Shown here: positions 56,871 to 64,000 of the stretch, piece by piece
Numbering within the stretch: the first letter of the stretch is position 1
Layout of the letters: every line of letters begins with the position of its first letter
NCBI GenBank assembly: GCA_049999805.1
Contig: JBNGIO010006348.1
Location: 99,554 to 163,553, forward strand
Direction of reading: 5' to 3'
Length of the DNA stretch: 64,000 nucleotides
DNA from: Folioceros fuciformis
Lineage: Eukaryota
Program-made: the position numbers and the translations under genes
Notes under the pieces: model-generated
What the model saw: the letters and a program-made list of their open reading frames with translations, nothing else
Told to the model about the DNA's origin: nothing
Databases searched by the model: none

Positions 56871-59800
56871 TCACGTTACGCAGTTTGCTGAAGCCTTTGC
56901 ATTGAGTATCCTCTCTCTCGATCGCTTCCAATGCAGTATGGGAACGTACCCTACCCCTTCTAATGGTCCTGTTAACTTCCTCAGCTCGGCATAAATTTCC
57001 TTGCTTTCAGGATGAGATCGTTCACCTGCAACAAATGAATGTACCATACTGTCGGCTTCAATCCAGCAAAGACCAGGTACGAGTTTTTTCATACCAAATT
57101 CTCTCATAATGGTCTTTATGCTGGCTACCTCATCCCATACGTTAGCTGCGGCAAGGATATCCATGAGGAGGAGGTAGGCAGCAGTATTATTTGGGTCTAG
57201 GTTCAGTACTTGTGCAGCTGCTCTTCTACCTATCTCAATGTTCAGGTGGCTCTTACAGGCACCCAACAAAGAGGTCCACACTGCAGCATCTGGTTCCATT
57301 GGCATCTTGTCAACAACGTCTTCAGCTTCATCTAAGCGACCTGCACGGCCTAGAACATCCACCAAAGAGCAGTAATGCTCCATGCTTGGTTGAATCCCAT
57401 AGTCCGAGCTCATAGATCTAAACAGATGATACGCTTCCTCTACTAGTCCAGCATGGCTGCATGCAGAGAGAAGGCATAGATAGGTGAGAGAGTTTGGCAT
57501 CACATCCGCTTTTTGCATCTTCTTGAAACACTGCAAAGCTTTTAAGCCTTGCCCGTGACGGCCATACCCGGCGATCATTGTATTCCAAGTCGAGACAACT
57601 TGCTTTGGGAGCTTGTTGAACACTTTGCACGCATCATCTAAGCTGCCACATTTTGAATACATATCAACAAGGGTGTTCCCAACCAAAACATCTGTGTCAA
57701 ATCCACGCTGGATAACTGCATCATGGATTAGGACACCTTGCTGCAGGGCTACATAGTTCGCACATCCATTAAGCATGGTTGCAAAGGTTAGATTGTCTGG
57801 CTTCGTGCCTTCATTTTGCATAAAGCCGAAAAGTTCAAAGGCTTCCTCCACATGCCCATGCTGGGAATAACCAGCGACAATAGAATTCCAGGATACAATG
57901 TCACGCTGTGGCAGATTGTCAAAAACATCCCGTGCACCCTCTAAGTCACCGCACTTAGCATACATGTCAACAATTGCATTTCCGATTATTATCTCCAGTT
58001 CAGATCCTTGTTCAATGACCTGAGCGTGAATCGTCCTGCCCTGCTGGAGATGCTCTGGGCCTACGCATGCTTTCAAAATACTGATGAACGTGATGCTGTC
58101 CGGTCTCATTCCCTCTGAATGCATACGCTGGAAGCAAGTCATAGCCTCCTCACTGGAACCGTGTTGGGCATACCCTGCAATCAATGTATTCCATGAAACA
58201 ATATCACGTCTCGATAACAAGTGAAAGACCTGCTCAGCATCTTGAAGGCACCCACAGCTTGCATACATGTGCACGAGGGCGTTGCCCACAAGGTCATCCG
58301 AGTCCAAGCCATTCTGAGCTATGTACGAGTGAATCCTTCTGCCCTGTTCAAGAGCTGCTGGACTTGGGACTGTTGCGCATGCTTTCAGAATGCTTAGGAC
58401 TGTCACAGCATTTGGTTTCACGCCTGCACATTGCATTTCACCAAAAAGGGTGAGCGCTTCTTCAGTAATGCCCTGCTGACAATATCCTCCAATCATCACA
58501 TTCCAGGGCACCAAATCTTCATGAGACATCTTCTCAAACACCTCACGAGCATCCACTAGGCTTTGGCAAGTGGCATACACTTGGACAATGGTGCTTCCTA
58601 GAAACACGTCACCCTCAATCTTTTCCCCGACAATGTGATGATGGACCACCTTACCTTGTTCCAGCGCCCCAAGACTGTCACATGCCTTCAGAACACAGAC
58701 AAAAGTCACATTGTCCGCCTTGACGCCATCCCTCTGCATTAGACCAAAAAGTGTAAGAGCCTCATCAGCACAATTGTGCTGAGCGTAGCCGCCAATCAAC
58801 GCATTCCAAGAGACTATATCTCGCTTGGACAACCTATCAAAGACCTGCCTAGCCTCCTCTAGGCTGCTGCAATTTACATACATGTCAATGAGGGCATTTC
58901 CCACAACTCCCTCTATCGCATATCCTCTCCTTGTAAGCTCGGAATGCAAAACAGCCCCAAATTCCAAGGACTGCAAGCTGGCACACGCTTTAAGCAAGCT
59001 CAAAAATGTTACATCGTTTGGCTCTAGGCATTCTTCACTCATCTGGCTGAAGTACATGAGAGCTTCTTCACCGTGTCCATGCTGTGCACATCCTGTGATC
59101 ATAGCATTCCAAGCCACTAGGTCTCGTCTGGACAAACCACGGAATACTTTGTAGGCAGCTTCCATACTGCCATGCTTGGCATACATGTCAACAAGTGTAG
59201 TTCCCACCAGAATGTCTCTTTCACAGCCACTTTCAACAATTTGGTTGTGGATTATCTTTCCCTGTTCTAGTGACTCCAGGCTTGTACACGCTTTTATAAT
59301 ATTCACAAAAGTCACAATGTTTGGATGTATCCCTTCCAACTGCATTTGCCGAAAGAGCGCGACTCCCTCCTCCCCACACGCATGTTGAGCACAGCCAGCA
59401 ATCATAGCACTCCACGTTACCACATCACGACTGCTCAGATTGTCGAAAACCTGGCGTGCTTCCTCAAAGTTCCTACTTTTCAGGTAGAAGTGTACAAGAA
59501 CGTTTCCAACAACAACATCACTTTCAAAACCAGATTTAACCACTTTAGAATGTATGTGTATGCCATATTCAAGGGCTTCAACGCTCGCACAAGCTTTAAG
59601 TACGCTCACAAAGGAAGATGGGGTTGGAATGAAACCGTCATGAAGCATGCAGTAAAACAGTGCGATAGCCTCCTCTCCGCGCCCATTTTGAGCGTATCCA
59701 GCAATCATGGCATTGTAAGATACCACATCTCGTTCAGCCAACTGCTCAAAGACTTGCATAGCATCCTCCACACTTCTACAATGCATGTACATAGTGATCA

Positions 59801-60494
59801 AGGAGCTGCTCACGAACATATCTCTCTCCAGTCCCAGCCTTACAGTTTGAGAATGAATGAGTCGGCCCTGCTTCAAGTCTCCTAGGCTGCCACAAGCCTT
59901 GAGCACGCTGATAAGTGCGACACGGTTGGTCAACGAGAGATCAGACCGCCTCATCTGCTCAAATAATTTGCCAGCGTCTTGACTATGCCTCTGTTTGATA
60001 TATGCAGATATAAGGGCAGACCAAGTGAGCCCATCCCGATCAGCCAGCGTATCAAAAACTTGGCGTGCATCCTGTAGCCTACCACATTTCGCATACATGC
60101 GAACCAGAGTATTCCCCAGGTGGCTGTTTGTACCATACCCACACTTGACGATTTGAGAATGCACCTTTCTGCCCCTTGCAAGATCTCTCATTCGAATGCA
60201 GTCGAGTAAAACTGATATGTACAAGGAGACCTGGTCCTGATCCGAAAAAGAAACCGCCTGAGCTGCGCCATTCGCGTCAACCAGGATGTCATCTCCTGCA
60301 TTGAGGTTTGCACCATTCGAGCATGTCGCGTCGCCCGAAACACCCAGCTCAGTACAGGTGCTCAAATGCTTCATGGGGCACCCGGATGAACACCCACCAG
60401 CAGACAAACTCCCCTTGAATTCCTTGGAAAGAACGTGCACGAGTCTGCCCATTCGGAGAGGCGTCATCATCATCAGAGCAGAGATTCCGGGCAT
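56871..60494 (-). CDS. PLS-class pentatricopeptide repeat protein with E/E+ extension and no DYW domain
   Basis: Intronless 1207 aa; nine P-L-S triplets (W/Y-N/S-A-M-I, TFVSxLKAC, GNALVxMYAKCG); EHYCSLVDVLGRAG; PG box PGLCWIE..VHSFVAGERSHP..GYVP, then a stop. Confidence 0.96.
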   Translation of the reverse strand: MPGISALMMMTPLRMGRLVHVLSKEFKGSLSAGGCSSGCPMKHLSTCTELGVSGDATCSNGANLNAGDDILVDANGAAQAVSFSDQDQVSLYISVLLDCIRMRDLARGRKVHSQIVKCGYGTNSHLGNTLVRMYAKCGRLQDARQVFDTLADRDGLTWSALISAYIKQRHSQDAGKLFEQMRRSDLSLTNRVALISVLKACGSLGDLKQGRLIHSQTVRLGLERDMFVSSSLITMYMHCRSVEDAMQVFEQLAERDVVSYNAMIAGYAQNGRGEEAIALFYCMLHDGFIPTPSSFVSVLKACASVEALEYGIHIHSKVVKSGFESDVVVGNVLVHFYLKSRNFEEARQVFDNLSSRDVVTWSAMIAGCAQHACGEEGVALFRQMQLEGIHPNIVTFVNIIKACTSLESLEQGKIIHNQIVESGCERDILVGTTLVDMYAKHGSMEAAYKVFRGLSRRDLVAWNAMITGCAQHGHGEEALMYFSQMSEECLEPNDVTFLSLLKACASLQSLEFGAVLHSELTRRGYAIEGVVGNALIDMYVNCSSLEEARQVFDRLSKRDIVSWNALIGGYAQHNCADEALTLFGLMQRDGVKADNVTFVCVLKACDSLGALEQGKVVHHHIVGEKIEGDVFLGSTIVQVYATCQSLVDAREVFEKMSHEDLVPWNVMIGGYCQQGITEEALTLFGEMQCAGVKPNAVTVLSILKACATVPSPAALEQGRRIHSYIAQNGLDSDDLVGNALVHMYASCGCLQDAEQVFHLLSRRDIVSWNTLIAGYAQHGSSEEAMTCFQRMHSEGMRPDSITFISILKACVGPEHLQQGRTIHAQVIEQGSELEIIIGNAIVDMYAKCGDLEGARDVFDNLPQRDIVSWNSIVAGYSQHGHVEEAFELFGFMQNEGTKPDNLTFATMLNGCANYVALQQGVLIHDAVIQRGFDTDVLVGNTLVDMYSKCGSLDDACKVFNKLPKQVVSTWNTMIAGYGRHGQGLKALQCFKKMQKADVMPNSLTYLCLLSACSHAGLVEEAYHLFRSMSSDYGIQPSMEHYCSLVDVLGRAGRLDEAEDVVDKMPMEPDAAVWTSLLGACKSHLNIEIGRRAAAQVLNLDPNNTAAYLLLMDILAAANVWDEVASIKTIMREFGMKKLVPGLCWIEADSMVHSFVAGERSHPESKEIYAELRKLTGPLEGVGYVPILHWKRSRERILNAKASANCVT

Positions 60495-61140
60495 CTGCCC
60501 TCATCTTGCCCTTGCCACAGCCACCCCACTTCCACAACAGTCTTCTTGCCGTGCCACCGTACCTGACATAACCTTGCACCGATGGCCTGCCTGGGTCTCC
60601 CCATGCCTCACTTTTCCAACATAGAGCTCCCTTGCCACCCCTACTCCATCCTCTCCACAGCCGCATCACCTCCCCTCCAACTTCCCTCATAAATGCCGTT
60701 CCTTCAAGCCTAGTGCAACAACTAGACAAGTCTCAGGCTTCAGGTAAGCGAAACAAATGACAAGGCCAGGTGAACCACCCCAGAGTCACGGTTCAAACTC
60801 CAACCTCGCACATGCATCCGACCGCAGCACCACTTCGAGAGCACAGTGCTTGTTGCGCTCCATCCATCTTCAGGTCAGACGTGCACATGGCGGCGACGTC
60901 GGGCCGAAGGCGAAACCGGCATCGGCATCGTGTCCAGAGTTTCGCCATTCGCCTTCGGTCTCACGTCCCGTAACGCAAAAAACGAGACCGGTTGACGGAA
61001 TCCCTTCCGTTGTGACAATTTGAGCGGAGGACAGTTTAACCCAGAGATTCCAAAAATGGACGGCTATTGGTCTGTGAGTAGAGGTCAGGTACGCGTGAGG
61101 GAAGAGTTTCGCCGCTGGCTACAAAAACAAACATAGGTTG

Positions 61141-61200
61141 GGGCGTGAGTGGTGAGTTAAGGTCGGGCGTGAGTGGTGAGTTAAGGTCGGGCGTGAGTTA
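61141..61200. repeat. 24-bp tandem repeat x2.5 in the divergent PPR/BMT5 intergenic region
   Basis: gggcgtgagtggtgagttaaggtc repeated. Confidence 0.85.
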
Positions 61201-61405
61201 CGGTCGAGCGTAGAAAAACCTTGACGCCGCCAGGGATGATAACCGATATCTCGGGGATCTACGCATTAATGGTTGTAGATCAAAAGTAAGCCACTTTGCC
61301 GGGCCAAAGCGAAGGTTGCCAGCACCAGGCAGGAAGTGTTGAACCTGCAGCATCGGCAGCGAACTGCGAGCTGGTCTAGGAGCGCAAAGCTGTTGAGTTC
61401 TGAGC

Positions 61406-62495
61406 ATGGCGGGAATTGAATACGACAGCTCGCACCTAATCCTGCTGGTAGGAGAAGGGGACTTCTCATTTGCGCTCGCAATATCATCAGCCTTCCCGAG
61501 CTCCTTCAACGTCGTGGCAACCTCGCTGGATAGTCAAGGTTAGGGACGTTCATTTGTTGCGCGAGCTCGGGAAGCTCTTGTCGAAGTCGTCGACAGGCGT
61601 GTGGTAGCTGTGCTGGTGTCAACAATTAGCTGCGTGCTTGATTACGTCCTAAGCTTGTACAAGCAGCTGAGAGCCTGAGGCGATGGCGAGTAGAGACACT
61701 GCATCGGCAGTGAGATGTTTAGCTGGCAGACTTCTTTCTTGTGGAATGTCCAATTTAGCTCCTTGACTGACGTTGTGTTCGCTTGGAGCCTTGGCCAGAA
61801 GAGGTGATTAGAAAGTATCCTTCTGCGCACCGGGCTCTGAGGCTGCTCCGCAAGGGAGGAGCCAGAATTTTCCATGGTGTAGATGCAACCACCATGCGCA
61901 AAAACATTCGGCTTAGAGACATCCTGTTCGACAGGATCATCTTCAATTTCCCCCACGCGGGATTTGCTTGCGGTGGAGGAGAAACTAATCCACGCAATAT
62001 AGAGTACGTCGTTGCAGATTCCTCCTCTGCTTGCTCTTCGCGAGTTGTGAAACGTAGTTATGGCTCGTGCATTCCTTGTCGGGGTTCTAACTGCAGCTTG
62101 TGCAAAACGTGTCGCAATGTACACGGTTCTTGCGTAGTGCGTGAATACTGTCTGGAAGTCTGATAGGCTTGTCGATTCCTCGCAGACAACATTCCAGACT
62201 AATGGAGAGCTTCATGTTCAACGCGGGAAAAATGCTGACCAGGAAGGGGCAGGTCCATATCGCACACAAAGCGGGATTTCCATATGACAAGTGGAACATG
62301 GAAACACATGCGTTGAACAACGGATTGACGCTACTAGGCAAGAGAGCGTTCCACAGTGCTTGCTATCCAAACTACTGCAATCGACGCGGATATGGAAGGA
62401 GGCCTGGACGAACGTTTCCCATCCACAACACTGCTTTCACTTTCATCTTCAGCAAACCGACCAGTCCTGCAGGATACTTCGGGCAGTCGCTGTAG
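61406..62495 (+). CDS. 25S rRNA (uridine-N3)-methyltransferase BMT5-like / DUF2431 protein
   Basis: ILLVGEGDFSFA..VATSLDS, HGVDAT, FDRIIFNFPHAG, PYDKWN, YPNYCNRRG. Exons 61406-61538, 61799-62003, 62186-62495. Confidence 0.92.
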
Positions 62496-63115
62496 GTGCA
62501 GATGTGGGAGGAGGCCTAGGAGCTCTAAAGAGATGCTTCCCGCGCGGCTTATGGGAGGGCTAAGGTGTTTGTTTAATCCAGACAAGAATGTGTACCAGCT
62601 GCTTAAGATATTATCATGTTTATTACTTCGCTATAAATTATTTATAAATTGAGGTAGAAAAGTGTGTGAGACTAATAATGTGAGATTTAATATTTGACAA
62701 TATTTAATCTTTTAAGTGTGTGCACCAGGGTAGTTGAAGAAGTCTTGGAAAGGGTGGGGGAATGGGATCGAAGGCCGAGCAACTTAGAAAGCAGCATGTC
62801 TTCTAAGTTCCTCGATTGCATGTCAGCTACTCGGCTTGCTTTTGGATGTCGAACCGGATAGAATGTGACAAGAAGGGAGAGAGACTGGAGGTCGCGCTCC
62901 CCGAAAATATGCTCTGCGTCCAAGCAAGTGGCTAGAGAAGGATATCCTGCCCGACAGATATCCAAAATACGAAAGCCGACAACGCCAGGATATAAGTACA
63001 GTACATACGAGGCTCCACTACTCCAGTCGCAGTCCCAGTCTCGGTGACGGTCCCAGCTCCAGCTTTCGATCCCACCGGCCTGAAATTGGCGTTGGAGCCT
63101 GCCTTCGAGGCAGCC

Positions 63116-63908
63116 ATGACGATGGCGCTGCGCCGGGCTGCGGCGTCCACCCTATTGTGCATCCGCGACCGCGCGCGCGTCTTCGTCTCTTCCACTGCGC
63201 GCCTTGGCACGCCCGAGCAAGAACACGCGCATCCACCGCCGGTGTCGTGGCCTTCCGCGCGCTACGTCGGGCCGTCCCCGGCTGCCGAGGCGGCTGAGCA
63301 GGCGGTGCGGGATGGCCCGCGTTCCGACTGGACCAGGGACCAGATTCGTGCCGTCTACGACTCGCCTCTGCTCGATCTTGTGTTCCACGGGGTAAGTGAG
63401 TGGAATGTGGAATTGAGGAGCGGGAGAGGTGGTTCTTGAACTCCCTGCGGTCTGATGAGCTGAAGACGGTCGGGATGCCGGTTTGCAGGCGCAAGTGCAC
63501 CGGCAGACGCAGAGGCTGCGGGAGGTGCAGCTCTGCACCATTCTTTCCATCAAGACCGGGGGCTGCGCTGAGGACTGCTCCTTCTGCCCGCAGTCGTCGC
63601 GGTACAAGACCTACGTCAAGGCCTCTAAAATGCTGGACAAAGATTCAGTGTTGGAGGCTGCCAGAGAGGTGTGGGACGTTGGTAGTGGATGAGGAGCGGT
63701 TACAAGACTGCTCCAAATTTGATTCCGGTGACTAGTGTTCCCACCTTGCGGCTGACACCAGATTGCTTGCTTGGTTGCTCCTGCTGCTGTGTGTGTATAG
63801 GCCAAGGATGGCGGGAGCACGCGCTTCTGTATGGGAGCTGCCTGGCGGGATGCCGTTGGGAGGAAGACGAATTTCGGCCAGATTCTGGATTACGTGAAGG
63901 AGATCAAG
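63116..63908 (+). CDS. BIO2: Biotin synthase, mitochondrial (5' part; continues beyond the window)
   Basis: Arg/Ala/Ser-rich presequence; DWTRDQIRAVYDSPLLDL; radical SAM motif IKTGGCAEDCSFCPQS; GSTRFCMGAAWR. Confidence 0.96.
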
Positions 63909-64000
63909 TATGACAAAACTCGTCCCCCAGGAAGAACGAGTGGGATTGTAGATGCGTAGTGGTTCACGATTTGGCTCGAGTCACTCGCTCAGATTTTTCT

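Overview
Gene-dense eukaryotic nuclear DNA with short GT-AG introns and two assembly gaps (N at 21301-21400 and 38051-38060). The genes are land-plant types (PLS-class PPR, WRKY, Gnk2/DUF26, Root_cap, F-box/kelch) together with cilia-associated types (IQCE-like, RNF32-like). This points to a compact-genome seed-free plant such as a hornwort or lycophyte, which is an inference. About 20 genes can be supported: IQCE-like coiled-coil/repeat protein, F-box/kelch, atypical WRKY, TOPBP1/MEI1, four Root_cap-domain genes, G-patch GDP1-like, F-box, Gnk2, a PI3K, VIT/CCC1, RNF32-like plus a pseudogene copy, SHAQKYF-type MYB, PLS-E+ PPR, BMT5/DUF2431 and the 5' part of biotin synthase. The most striking item is a spliced gene at about 31.9-37.2 kb encoding a class I/II-type PI3K (Ras-binding-like domain, C2, helical, kinase). 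This is unlike the Vps34/class III enzyme normally found in plants, and its DRH and DFG motifs read NRS and DFR, so it is probably a pseudokinase. Second is a rearranged 42.5-54.5 kb block: a ~2.1 kb inverted duplication carrying Root_cap genes, enclosing a third Root_cap copy that sits inside a decayed RNF32 duplicate. All family assignments come from manual translation and remembered motifs; no database search was run.
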